Source: the human T2T-CHM13v2.0 reference genome, Homo sapiens. From it: a stretch of DNA of 64,000 bases. The notes under the pieces were generated by a model. It saw only the letters and a program-made list of their open reading frames with translations. It ran no database searches and was not told the DNA's origin. The stretch lies in assembly GCF_009914755.1 (NCBI RefSeq), contig NC_060936.1. One strand, written 5' to 3'. Below are positions 26,400-40,419 of this stretch, piece by piece (within the stretch, counting starts at the first letter, position 1; every line of letters begins with the position of its first letter). A program made the position numbers and the translations under genes.

Positions 26400-26605
26400 A
26401 ATAATAATAATAGGTAACATTTATTACAACTTCCTGTGTGTCAGGAATGACACTAAATGCTCCACATGAATTTTCTCATTTAATCTTCACCTACACAATG
26501 AGATAGGTGCTATTATAAAAAAACTAAGATTCATGAAGTTAACTCAAGGTCACGTAACTCAAATGTGGTAGTAGGCTCAATTCAAATCCAAACATTGGGC
26601 TCTAA
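26400..26605 (-). mobile_element. MIR SINE
   Basis: TAACATTTATTACAACTTCCTGTGTGTCAGG..TCTCATTTAATCTTCAC..CAAGGTCAC. Confidence 0.75.
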
Positions 26606-28885
26606 GTCCTCTGGTACAGGTGGGTTTATTTTGCCTGGGATATAGTAGTTGCTTAATAAATATCCATCAGTTTAATAAGCAAACAGATTTTGTGCATCTA
26701 TACAGAAATGTTAAACTTATATACAGTGACCTAAAATTATCTTCCCTTGGAGCAATGAGTAGACATTGGACAACATAATCTGTGGATTACATGAGGAGAT
26801 TTGCCTTTTTGGAGGCAAAGTCTAGTTCAAAAAAGAAAAATACTTATGAAAAAGTACAGATTTGAGGTAGTAAATCTAGTAAAAGAGCCATTTTAGTAAT
26901 TCAGTTGAGAGTTTCAAATAAAACAATGGCAGAAAAAAAATGTGATACACGTTATGGAAGGTGAACTAACAGAAGTTAGTGAGTAAGAGGATAGTATAAA
27001 TTGGGAGGAGAAACTAGTCAGTTTTCTCCATAATACTATGCAACAGTATCTAAAATTCACAATTGCTTTCCTTTAGTTACATTTATGGGGATATGCCTCA
27101 TAGAATTTGTTGCACCAATTTTGAAATTTGGTTGAGGACAGGAAACATCATATTCAGAAACTACAAAGTGAGAAAAAGAGAAAAAGCAGCAATTGGAAAA
27201 GAAAGTATAAAACTTAAGTGTGTGACATTTGAATTCTAAGATATCCTAATATTTCTCTTTTATGACCTATTTGATTTCACCCTCTATCTGTGTTCTTTTC
27301 AAGTCAAGTGCGCAAGTATCACTGGAGTCTATTATGTATATTCAGCCATTTTAGAAATTAGATACCTATAGCTGGCCGGTGCTATGCTAAACACTTCACC
27401 TATTTAATTACTTTACAGTTAAATACAAATATATGTCTTCAATTACCAATAAATTTATATAGGCAGGAAAAAATCATGCAAACTCAGGTTCTCTGTAAAT
27501 TCAGAGGGTGAAATGAAACATCATGGGTTATTGTCAAAAGGAAAGGCCTCAGGAGGAAAGCAAGGTTTGGGTTGAATTTAGGAAGCTGTTATAACTACTT
27601 ATACCAGGCTTCTTCCTAATCACTCCAAAGGATTACATTTATGAGGAAAGCTGTGTCTGCTTTTATGATGCTTAGAGTCTCTTTGAGAAATGTTTAAAAC
27701 TTGAATTGGCTGAAAACTGGTAGAGAGCACCTCAAAACAAAGAATGGTATCTATAAAAGAATTCTCAGGAAACCAACATATTGGAGTGGAGAGCCCCTAC
27801 TGGCGAGTAGTAGAAGACTATTGTGAGTAAATAAAACAAGACCATTTTATTGTGAACTCTTCAGGAACATATCAGGTTCTTGGGAAAACTCATCTTTGTA
27901 TAATTGACACAACATAAGACTACCTGTTCTTTCTTTAAAATGAGTCCTTGGAACACAATCAGTCAAAGAAATGTCAATTCAACTTCAAAAGTCTCTGAGA
28001 GTAATTTGAAGCTTACTTCAGTGTTTCTTGAAGGGACAGAAGTTTTACAGTGTATCAGATAGGAAATCTTATAATTTATCTTTAGATATCTTTTTAAATT
28101 CTCTAGGTCCCTCTCTACTCATTCACTTCAGAACTGAGGAATTTGTATCCTACCCCTGATAAAAACCCATACACTGTGCGTGGGGACCTTATTAATCTTT
28201 TCTTAGACTTCTTTCCCACTCCTTCTACCCCAGAATGAGCAGCCCTTTTTAAGCTCTAATAAATAAAAATATTCATATTAAAACATCATCTTCTGAGAAA
28301 GGCAAAACCATTACACAACTTAAGAGTGGAGGTAGAGAAAACATTTTTTTAAAAAGTAAAACCTAAAATTATATGCATTAATAGATGTATTGTGATGTGT
28401 GTGTATGTGTGTGTGTGTGTGTCTGTGTTTGCTTTTACTAACAACATACTTTCTTCCCATTTCACTTCTTTTCCTTCTGGATTGGGCATTTAACTTTTTT
28501 TGTTTCTCCTGATAATTTTATTGCCTTCATTAAAGAGGTAGAGTTTACTATAATTTGTTCCTAGAAGACATGGTAATTTCTCTAGAAGTAAATGCCATTT
28601 CAATGCTTTTTCAGAAGTGTGTTTTGGTCACACAATGCCCCTTCACAGTGCAATGGCAACAAATATGAGAAAGCAAAGTCCTGGACAATTCACCCCTTGT
28701 TCCCTTATTAGTATGTTTGCCACTCCACGCTGAAGCAATGGTAGCTGAGAACCTGACTATCCAAGACACCGTTTTTTGTTGTTGGAGTCGTTGTTGTTGT
28801 TTTCTAGACCCTCTGATGGAAGCAAATTAGAAGATGGCATTTCCACCAAGAGCCCTGGACTGGTTTAGTCTGAAGAGCCTGCTAG

Positions 28886-29197
<312 letters not shown>

Positions 29198-29329
29198 AGA
29201 ACCTTGCTTTTTCAACATCAAATTTAATATGGGTTGGCTGCATCAATTCCATTAGCAAAGTCCCGAAAATAATAGTTGCACATTTTTAAGTGTTTGTTTA
29301 AAGGAGTAACACATAGTGATACAAATTTT

Positions 29330-30250
29330 ACACAATATATCACACAGGAAAAAAATCTTACAAAAGATTTTCCTTATGCAATTATAATTAATAAATAAAC
29401 GACTGCGGAAAATGGAAAATCACCTTTAGAATACCACTGCACTAAATGCCTCAGGCCAGATCCACTACTGAATACTGACATTATTGGGCAAAAGTTGGAA
29501 GACAAATGGCATATTTGTAAAGCCTCTAATTATCTCTTCCAAAATGTCTATTAATTACTCTTGTGATTTTAATATAGGCCTACATATTCTTTCATTTTTT
29601 TCCCAAGAAGTGAAGCTTAATTCCTCTTTCCTTGAATGTGGGCTGGATGTAGGAGTCATGCAATGCGTATGTAATATGGAAAGGGAAAAAATTTTACTTC
29701 ACAGCAGAGAAACCTGGCAGATGCCACCTTAAATGGTTAATATCAGCAGTAATGAGACATTTTGCTCTCATGTACCCCCAATTTGACACGATAAGAAAAA
29801 AAATATCATCTCTGTGGTAGGCTTCTCCAAAATTCATAGCCTCAATTGAATCATGAGAAAACATCAAGCAAACCCATATTAAGAGATATCCTATGAAATA
29901 CCTAAATAATCCTTTTCAGAAGTGTGAAGGATATAAGAAACAAGTTTTCCATGAGGATCTGTCATAGAGTGGAGAAGATGAAGAAGGCACAGCATTTAAA
30001 TACAATTGGTATCATAGATTGAATCCTGATGTTGGTGTAAGATTTGGGCAATCTAAACAATGTCCGCATTTTAGGTATGGTATTGTTCCATTGTTAATTT
30101 TTTGGTTTGTATAATTCAAGATATTATAGGTTTTATTAGATATTGCAAGATATTAACAATAGATGATGCTATGTGGTGGGTATAGGGGGACTCTGTACTA
30201 TACTTGCAATTTTTTCTGAAAGTCTCAAAGTATTTCCAAATAAAGTCTAC
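29330..30250 (+). mobile_element. Old L1 (L1MC/L1MD-type) 3' UTR
   Basis: ATCATGAGAAAACATCAAGCAAACCC; GGGGACTCTGTACTATACTTGCAATTTTTTCTG..AAATAAA. Confidence 0.75.
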
Positions 30251-30315
30251 AGCAAAAGTTGAATAAAAGTATATCTGAAATTATCTGTCCCCTCAAAAAA
30301 ATAAATAAACTCATG

Positions 30316-30620
<305 letters not shown>

Positions 30621-30767
30621 AATAAACTCTAAACTCTTTATCCTTCTAAAATTTCACATACATGAATTAGTTAAAAACCCCTGATTTTTCTCTTCATGTG
30701 CTTTTCCTCATGACATGATGCTGTTTTTGATCTCCTTTCCCTGATATTTGTTGAGAACCTGTCTATT

Positions 30768-31070
30768 TATCCTAAGCAAATTAATGCAGGAAAAGAAAAC
30801 CAAATATTGCATGTTCTGGCTTAGAAGTGTGAGCTAAATGTGGGGGTATGCATGATCATGAAAATAGAAACAATAGACAATGAGAACTACTTGAGTCTAG
30901 AGAGAAGGATGGGAGAAAGGACTGAAAAAAACAGCCTGTTGGATATTTTGCTCAATACCTGGGTGATGGGATCATTAGTACCCCAAATCTCAGTATCATG
31001 CAATATAGCTATGCAACAAACCCACATATGTACCCCCAGAAACTAAAATAAAGGCTGATGTTTTTAATGA
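30768..31070 (+). mobile_element. 5'-truncated L1 (L1PB/late L1PA-type) 3' end
   Basis: TATCCTAAGCAAATTAATGCAGGAA..AAAACCAAATATTGCATGTTCT..TACCTGGGTGATGGGATC..ACTAAAATAAA. Confidence 0.85.
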
Positions 31071-31429
31071 AAATAAATGAGTGAAAGAAAAAGAATAACC
31101 CTCTACAGGTCTAACATGTCTTTCCCTATCATACAAAGGAGCCACTTGAATCTTGAGTTTTTAACTGAGTCTTGTGGGAGTAGGAGGGTGAGATTAGAAT
31201 TATGTTCTCACACTAGTTTTCTCATTCTGGAGTCATCCCTGAAGGGATTTGGAACCTTTGAATCACTTTGCAATGAATGTGGAGTCACAACAACTGGATT
31301 CTAATCCTTACTCTTTTGCTTATTCTTGCTCTGTCTCCTCAGAATAATCATTTAACCTCTTTAGCCTCACTGTCTTCAACTACAGAATTGTGACAATTGT
31401 GTTACAGAGCAGCTACTGTAATCATGTGT

Positions 31430-32190
31430 TTGAATATCCTTCAAATTTGTCCACTTTTCGTCTCCCTCCAGCACTCACTCTATCCCAGAATAGATCGTTT
31501 CTTCTCTGAACCATTGTTAATAGCGTTTAAACTGATTGACCTGTATCTATACTGCCACTTATCCCATCCATTCCTCACCCTGTGATATAAGCTATCTATC
31601 TAAAACATAAGTCTAATAATTCCATCTTTCTCATTCAAACCTTCCAAGCCTTTCCATGGCTTCTGAAATAAATACATTCCTTAAATTGCCTGAAGACCCT
31701 ACAAGCTTAAATTTATTTCTCTGTTCTTCTCCAGGCCCTTTATGTACCATGCTCCTCCAAGCCACCTTAACTCCAGCCACAGCATTCTTTTTTCAGCCTT
31801 TGATGTTCACCATGCACCCCTTCCCCTGACCCAGTGCTTCTCCACATCTCTGCTTCTGTCTGGAGTTCTCTTCTCTTCCTTTAGTGAACTTCCATTTTTA
31901 CTCCTTTCTCCACGTTTCAGCCCAGTTCACATCCTCAGGAAAGACTCCTCAAGCTTCTTTTTCAACACAATATAAACATTTACACAGCTATGTGCATCTA
32001 TTCATTATCATGAAATTCAGTAGAATTTTTCAATGTATTTGTGTGATTATTTGACTGATGCCTATAACTTATTCAAGATTAAGTCTTACACCAGAGCTTG
32101 TAGAGAATAAGATCATTTATATTTTGGCTTAATACAGTGTTTAATAAAGTGCTTGGCACATGTCAGTACGTGAAAAATACTTGTTTAATA
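31430..32190 (+). mobile_element. L2 LINE fragment
   Basis: TATCTATCTAAAACATAAGTCTAAT; ACATCCTCAGGAAAGACT; AAAGTGCTTGGCACATG..AAAAATACTTGTT. Confidence 0.7.
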
Positions 32191-32385
32191 TTTTGCCATT
32201 ATTGGAATACTATATAAATGTATATATTGTCACTACATCACTACCTAAATTGTGTCTTTGTTCAATGCCACCATGATGTTTTCAGAGTTTAAGACTAACT
32301 TGAATTTAAAATGGACATACTCTGTCATTGTTGGAAAGAGGTTACTGTGTCTCAGGAAATTAGTAGAAAGAATTAAAAATAAATT

Positions 32386-32992
32386 ACAGCCAACTCTTAT
32401 TATTCTTGGCATTTATGCTCTGCAATCTGCCACAAACACTGATGAGCATATGTTGAACAATTGCTCCTAGGAGAAATACAGGGCTAGGTTCCTAATAGCT
32501 TTTGGTCAAATCTTTACCTCAACTGATCAGGATATAACCTTGTTTTATGCATGTTTCTGTTTTAAAAACTTTAGAATATATCGTTGATTCATTACCATTG
32601 AATTCATGGACAACAGGAATCATGTATAACAAAACGTACATAGCCTTCTTGTGTTTAGGAACATTAGACAACACTTCATCACTGTGCTTGGGGGTCTGTT
32701 ATAAACGTCTAAATCACTAATAAAAGCCATAAAAGTGCAAAAATATTGACATTAAATATATTGCAAAACAGGACACCTATTTATAGTATGATAGATAGCT
32801 GAAACAAGAAGCAAAGTGTTGTCTTGTTAGATCTCAGCTGGTGATGTACAAGTCAGGTAACTCATATTTCTCACCAGTCTGCACATGCCCTTGGATGACT
32901 GTGCTGCAAATATTAATTTGAGGGTTAAAAATTAAATTTAGTAAGTACATAAATTCACAAAAAAAGAGTCAGGAAAAAAGAAGATTGCCATG
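32386..32992 (+). mobile_element. MER82 (TcMar-Tigger) DNA transposon
   Basis: TA|CAGCCAACTCTTATTATTC..TTGCTCCTAGGAGAAATACAGGGCTAGGTTCCT. Confidence 0.8.
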
Positions 32993-32994
32993 TA

Positions 32995-33103
32995 CAGTTG
33001 GCCCTCCTTAGGCCAACTATGGGACCTGAACATTTTCTAATTTTGTGATGTAGGTAGGCGGTGTCTTGGAACCAATCCCCTGTGAATCTTGAGGAATGAC
33101 TGG
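32995..33103 (-). mobile_element. Short internally deleted MER2-type Tigger MITE
   Basis: CAGTTGGCCCTCC...GGAACCAATCCCCTGTGAATCTTGAGGAATGACTG; both termini present. Confidence 0.7.
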
Positions 33104-36100
33104 TATAAATTGCCTCAAGGTAATCTATGGGTGATTTCTTTTGTGTTTTCTTCTAATTCTTTTTTTTTTGAAACTGACATGTAGGCTGAAAATGCTTAAG
33201 GACTTTCTTCTTTTTCAGAAATAATCTATTCTGAAAATATATCTTCTTTCTGAAGTATATGATTATCTCCATTGACTTTTTAACTGTTAATACACAGAAC
33301 CAAACAAAAATGTTGTCTTTAGACAGCAAATATGTTATTAAAGCTATTGTATTACCACATATTCATACGGTATACAATAATTACTTAAGTACATCATAAG
33401 CATTTTTAAAAGTGTTTTTATCGTATCTTTAGTTTGGTTCCAAACAAATAGATGTAAAGTTTGACACACTCCTACATACATTTGCCACCGCTAATGTTGA
33501 GGTTCTTGTCAGGAACATGGATATATTAAGGATGGTTTCAGCAAAAGTCACATTAGGGAGGAAATAAGGCAAAAGCACTGCCCTCTTTCCAAGCTGAAGT
33601 CATACAGATATTACCTTAAAAATAGTATTTTGTACTTTTATTTGCATATATATATACTTTATATTTAATGCATATTTTATCTATTATATTACATATATGG
33701 ATAGTGCATATATTGTGTAATTTAAACGCTAATTCACTTAATACCATCTTTCTATAGTATATATTGCAAACATCAATAACATATTCATTTTTAAGACCAG
33801 TGACAACTATAACATTTCCTGATGCAATTGAAAACATGACAGTTTAGCTTTTTTTTTTTATTAGAAAATGCCTGTTTTAAGTAGAAATGTCCATGCCAAA
33901 AGTGGACATTAAAAAAAATAAAATTTTAGCAGGTAAACACTCAGTACTCACATTAAGAATGCAATTTTGTGTCAAAGCTTTAAAGGACTTCAATTTTTTA
34001 TTTCAGTAAACAACAAGAATGTTGTTATTATGGTATATTTTAATTAGGACATATGCATGCAGCATGTGAAATAAGAAAAAAAAAGCACCAGAGCAAAGGT
34101 TAATGGCCACGTATTTGGTTTTAGAAGGTGCTAGCATGCCAATAATATAATTTGAAGAATAATTTTATGTTTTGTAGTGTACACCTGTTCCTATTGCACT
34201 GAATAGAATTGAGAACCTTATACAGTTGAATAGTGTCATGAGTTTGCACAGAAAGGGGTAGGAACACCTAAGCATCCAAGCCAAGGTGAAATAATGTGTA
34301 CTTTTTAAACTTTTAGTCCTTATTCTATTTACACTACTTTTTCCTGAGCTATATAACACTTCTCCAGATATTAGTGACGATACAAAGGAATCGATTTTAC
34401 CAGGATTTCTAATACTGGCAGTCTTCTGTTCACTTGTGTCATTTTTTTATTTCAGCTTGTTGTGGAGGGAGTGGTACATCAGAGAAGAAATGAGTTGAGA
34501 GAACCGGTAAAATTGTTTTGTATTTGTTTGTTGCTCTTGGAACGTCTGAGAATAATCTCAGTCTCCATACATTTGCACTCACTCTCTCTCACACACACTG
34601 TCTCTATATCTATATATAGAGATACACATAGACAAATATATATAGATATATGTACATATATTTAGCAAAGAATATATATATACTTTTCATGCCATACTCT
34701 CTGCCATATAAAATGATGACCAAAAATGAGGAATTTTATAATACTAGTTTCTGCTAGAATTCTTTTGTCTTACAAACCTCAAACTGTTTGAGGCAAGTGC
34801 TAAGTACTATGTTTAGCTGATTGCATGTGCCAAGTAAATGCTAATAAGGTGAATAATAATTTGGAGATAACTAGTGGAATCTGTAACTAGGTATCTTCTC
34901 TGGCAAAGCAGACCTAGCAAGGTGACTTTTCACACGCTTGAATCGACCTGTCTCATCTGATGTTAAAGAATTGCTATCCGTCTGCTAATGTCTAAATGAG
35001 AAGCTGAGTCTGCAAGTCAAGGCACTACACTTATATTGACTTTTTGGTGTTTGTGAGTAGCTCTGTTTATTTGCCTACATTGTACCACATGCAGACACAC
35101 CAAAAAGATTTCGGTTTCAGTCATGCAGATCACAGCTGAATCATAGATATCTAGGCAGCCCAAAACACGAACATACTTTAAATGATGAAAATAATAGCAT
35201 AAGAGTCACAGATCTGGAAAATCATAGAAGTCAAACTCGATGAAGGATATAAGTCAAAGACATGAACAAAATAAATCACTTCTATAACAAAAAGTTTTTT
35301 AGAATGCTGTAAAATATAGATGTTGCTAAGTGACGAGAAAACCAAAGTGAATCTCAGAATTGTGCACTTTATATATTTATGCAAAAAGTCATCTAATATT
35401 TAGATTTGTTTGTGTCTGGTAAAATGCCTGTAGATTAAAGGTGTTTGAGATCACTGGCTGTAAATCAAATGTGATAAACATATGCAGGGATGGCTATGAG
35501 GACTGAGTAGATAGGACCTCATCTACTTACATGGGCAACTTTTTGTGATAAATTAAATATTTTTCTTCTATTTTGGAAGCATGATTTTATTTATCTCAAA
35601 ATTAATATTATCCTAATACATATATTTATTAAAAATAAAATCTAACCCAGATATTCATATTGCCTATTTAAGGATCACGCAAAACACCATAAAAAAACAA
35701 TAAAAAGACATTAATACAAGGCAGAAGAAAACAGACATGAGCTAGGGTTAGGTGTGTGGTATCTGTGTAAGTGATACAGAGAGATTCTCAGCTTCGCAGC
35801 TCTGTGTAGTTAACACACTAAATGGAGTTAGAACTACCCAAATAATTAGTTGCTTTTCTCAAAAATAACAGTGGAATGACTTTCTTTCTAATTTATTAGA
35901 AACTAGAAAGTATTATTAGATGAAATCTAATGATTATCTCCAATTCCTCTAATATCTATATCACCGTTCCACCTGAAAAGTCACCGAGTTTAGAATCAAA
36001 GGACAAACTGCTGTCTAAATCTTGAATGATTTTTTTCTTTTTTTCTAGCTGAAAGCTGTAAGTGTAAAGTATACTGGTGACTTTGTTTTATTATCAACTT

Positions 36101-36289
36101 TTTATTTTTGTTAGGCACTAAAATAAAAAGACTCTTTTACTTTTGACAGTGGATTCACTGCAGCACAAATCACTGAAAATTATTGCAAGTCTCTCTGTGT
36201 TAAATACTCTACGCTGAGTGTATCTCAGTATTAAGACCGTTAAAACATACATTCATAATAATATGCTTCTTTAGTCAACTCCTCCTTTC

Positions 36290-36390
36290 AATCGTGAGTT
36301 TCTTCAGGCCTGTGCCACTCATTCCCAATCCCTGGTTTTGATTATCACACACAGAAGGTGCTCAATAAATATTTGTGGAATGATTGAAAG
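36290..36390 (+). mobile_element. L2 3' end fragment
   Basis: CACACAGAAGGTGCTCAATAAATATTTGTGGAATGA. Confidence 0.6.
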
Positions 36391-39300
36391 TGAATAGTAA
36401 AATTTATATTTAAAGATAGTGTACATTCATTAAAATCACTGCTCATTGGTTAGTGCCTTTAATTCAGTTTAAGATTTTAAATAAAAAATAAATCTTACAA
36501 TTCCTTTTTTCTAGCTATTCCATTAATATCAGCCTCCTTTAAATGCTCTTTGTTTTTCCATAAGCATATGTTCTACATTTTTATGTAATTTGAAAATTTG
36601 TTATTCAGCTATGAAATCTTTTGAGTGCATTATATTATTGAAAAGGGTATCAAATATTTACTGTATATATAAATAAGAAAGTTGAATCTGCTGCATTCTT
36701 ACACCAATAAAATGCAAAATCACCAAACTAACAAAAAAAACTTGAAAAATATAAGTTTAGATGTAAGGGTCTATACAATGATTATAGAATATTTATTGGA
36801 AATTAGAAAGTATTATTAGATGAAATCACAATTGTCCACATTTTATGATTTTACTGCAGCCTAGTGAGGCTTTTCTCTTATTATTCTAGAAAATATAGCA
36901 ATGAGATTTGATTATAATACCTTAAATAAAGATGGTTTCAAAACCTATTTTAAAATTAATAATCTACTAGATTTTTCTAAAAGGATTCTGTGGTTCTTTG
37001 CAGGTAACTCACTAGGTTCATGATGAATGCCTGGTACTGCACATGTATCCCTAAAAAATGCAACATTATTAAACTCTTGCAAATAAAACTTTCAAATTTT
37101 AATGGGCTCTAAAGCAGTCTTATGTAGATTAGGAAAAGCTTGAAAATATATAATTTTTGAAGTTTTCTCACTCAGAAGCTAATACCTATCTGATTTTTTT
37201 TTTAAAAGCAGTATTTAACTTAATACAATAATGACCTTTTTCTAGTAATTTGCAATATGTATTATTCCTTTAGGGGAATATCATGATGCATTCTGATAAG
37301 ATGAGCTTTCCTATGTAAATGCTACCCTTTTAAGGTCAAAAGCTGTACTCAGCTAATGAAGGCAAACGAGAAATGGTCAGGTGTTCAATATAAACAACAT
37401 TGAAAACTCAAAACTTTGTGATAATCCTCTAATATATTTTAAAGCACTTATAGCTATTTCAATCTATCTGTCTATGCATACGTACTTATAAACATAGCTA
37501 TAGATACAGATATATGCACAAAACTCAATTAGTTTCTACAGAGTAGCACACAGTTAGGCTATCATTTTAAATATCAATTAGAGCCTTAATCTATACTAAC
37601 AAAATTAGTAAGACCATTCTAAATAGTATTAGCATAATTCACCTTTCAAGGTTCACAATTAGATATTCACCTTTGGAAGAAAAAGAGATTGCATCTTTTA
37701 AATAATTCTTCCTTTGTTAATAATAAAAAAATTCAGTGCAGCCATTATTCAGAATCTTTCTCTTGACTGTCTTTACCTAAGTTTGACACAGTGATGCAGT
37801 CCAAACAAACTAAATGCCAGCACATTATATTTATTCTGAGTTAAATCAGCTTTCTAAAGTGAAAAATGTTTAAGAATAAAAAACATTTACATGGTGAGAA
37901 CAATAGAACTTGTGTAGACCAATTTTAAGAACAGCAGTTTCCTGTAAAGCTGTCAGATGGTATTGTTAAATATCACATGTTAATACAGCATGAAAAATAG
38001 TGGATAGAAACATTCTTATTAATAAACTACATAGTAATATGACATTTTTTTTGCCACATTTTTTGAAATATCTTAATTTTGGAATTAACAGAGCCTAGAG
38101 AATTTCAGTATGTAATTATGACTGTCGATATCTTACTAGTTAGTGCTATAATTAAGATACATTTAATTTTTAATTATGCTATAGGTAGTGGGTTGATATA
38201 ACACTGATAACTCTGCCCATGAACTCTGTAACATGGATATTAATTTGTCTGCTAGAAAAGCTTCTGCCTGCTTTTAGTAGAAAGACAAACTAGTGTTAAA
38301 AGGGACAATTCCTTAGCTGATAATCTACTTTAATAAGTTATTTGGTTAAAATACTTGCAATACAAATAAGTGGGATTTGTTTAGTCTTACAGTGTTGAAA
38401 ATTCAGTGCTATGAAACAGTTCATTCTCTATTCTGTCTTTCTTTCCCCTTTCTCAATTCCCCACAAAATACATACACACATATAAATAAAATACTGACAA
38501 TGATGTGTGCTATTAATTTCTTTATTTTTAATTCCTTTTATAAAAGTTATCCTTTGCTACAAGATAATATTTTATAGATATGAAGAAATAGCTTCTTTAT
38601 TTAGAATTCTTTCTTTCTTTCTAAATATAGAATTCTCTATTGGGAAGCACTTTGGGGACAATTTCCTCTTTCCTTTTATTGTGATTTTTTTCAGCCTGTA
38701 ATACTCCACTTGATTACTTCTCCAAACATCAATATATAATTAAACTAAAATTATTAATTTAGTGTGAAATGAAAAGTGTTTCAGAATTATTCTTTGGAAA
38801 AGGACAATCACTTCAGTATGCTAAATTAACCTACAATGCCGTGATAAAGAGTTACTGAGAGCATGGGATGATAACTTCTGATTTTTATTGGTCTGACAAT
38901 ACTGGGCAAAGTAATGGATTGTACTGGAAACACATAGCTAAATGAGACTTTGAGAGATTGCTAGATTGTGTAAACGTAATTCACCTAAACACTCCCAACG
39001 CATGAAAACTTATGGCACATGGGAACATTATTTTAAAAAATGAAACAGTAGTAACCAGTACACTCTTTTTTCATGGCATAAGGGGGATCACTGTTAGCTG
39101 TATTGAGTATGGGTAAGGTAGGGTTAGGCAGCAATAAAAAAGTTTTGATTTACTGATTTTAGTGAGCCTGGGATTTCTCTAATACTTCCCGCGAAATAGG
39201 GTTTACACCTGAAGGTGACTGATGCCACACCCTAATCCCCTGACAAGAGCGAGCACCTTGCCAGCACTTTTTGCTGCAGCTCATAAGGAGATGCAGTGGC

Positions 39301-39853
39301 ATGCTTGCCCACCAGCGGCTGCTTGACCGAATCATCTAGGCTTTACTATAAATATAGGATGCATTAAATGAAGACAGGGTACATCTCAAAAGAGCATCAC
39401 AGTATCACAATAGAGAATTAAAAATTTGCATGCCAATTTAAACTTTCCCTTGGTCTTGTAAAGGAAAATGTGGACTTTTGCAAGGACCAGTTTCCCATGT
39501 GTATTCAATTAGAATCTGACACTTTTTTTCTCCTCTGTCTCCTCCTAACTTAGTGCAGTCTTCCTTAAGAGTATCAATCTGTAAACCACCCCAAACCCCT
39601 TAAAAATGCTCTTATCCCCTCACAGTATTTTTTCCTATCTCATTTCTTCCTGGATTTGAAAATTTTGGCACTTCTTTAGGATTTAGTAAACATCTTTTAA
39701 TGTTCTCCATAGGGACTCTTGCCTAAGAATGAATGTGGGCACTCTAATTCCTCTGCAGTTGTCCCCAGAAATTTGTGTTACCTGTGAACATAAACCCACC
39801 GTTCCTGTAAATAAGCATGTATTTTCTGTAGAGAAAAAAACAAAACAACTTAA

Positions 39854-40218
39854 TGATATGGTTAGGCTTTGTGTCCCCACCTAAATCTCATCTTGAATTA
39901 TAATCCCCACGTGTCAAGGGAGAGACCAGGTGGAGGTAATTGAATCATGGGCGTGGTTTCCCCGACACTGTTCTCGTGATAGTGAGTGAGTTCTCATGAG
40001 ATCTAATGGTTTTATAAGGTGCTCTTTTCCCTTCACTCGGCACTTCCTCCTGCTGCCTGGTGAAGAAGGTGTCTCTTCCCGTTCGCCTTCCTCCATGATT
40101 GTAAGTTTGCCAAGGCCTCCCCAGCCATGCCGAACTGTGAGTCAATTAAACCTCTTTCCTTTATGAATTACCTAGTCTCAGGTAGTTCTTTATAGCGGTA
40201 TGAAAACTGACTAATACA
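39854..40218 (+). mobile_element. THE1 (THE1C/D-like) MaLR solo LTR
   Basis: TGATATGGTTAGGCTTTGTGTCCCCAC...GACTAATACA; TSD CTTAA/CTTAT. Confidence 0.93.
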
Positions 40219-40419
40219 CTTATAATCCTCCAGGTACAGTTTTTGTCCATAGTTTGTTGTGACCTGTTAACCTCCTCTCCATTATTAAGGAGAGATGAGT
40301 TTTGCTCTGTTTTACCCCTCCTGGGAGCAGTTACCTGCTCTGATTACATTTTTATGATTTGTTAAAATCTGTCTTTGAAAAGCAGAATGCCATTTCTTTT
40401 TAACCAATTCTACCATTAG

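Noticed and set aside
36990-37010. TTCTTTGCAG|GTAACT possible recursive splice site
   Set aside because: Short pyrimidine tract, no host gene established, expected by chance in 64 kb.
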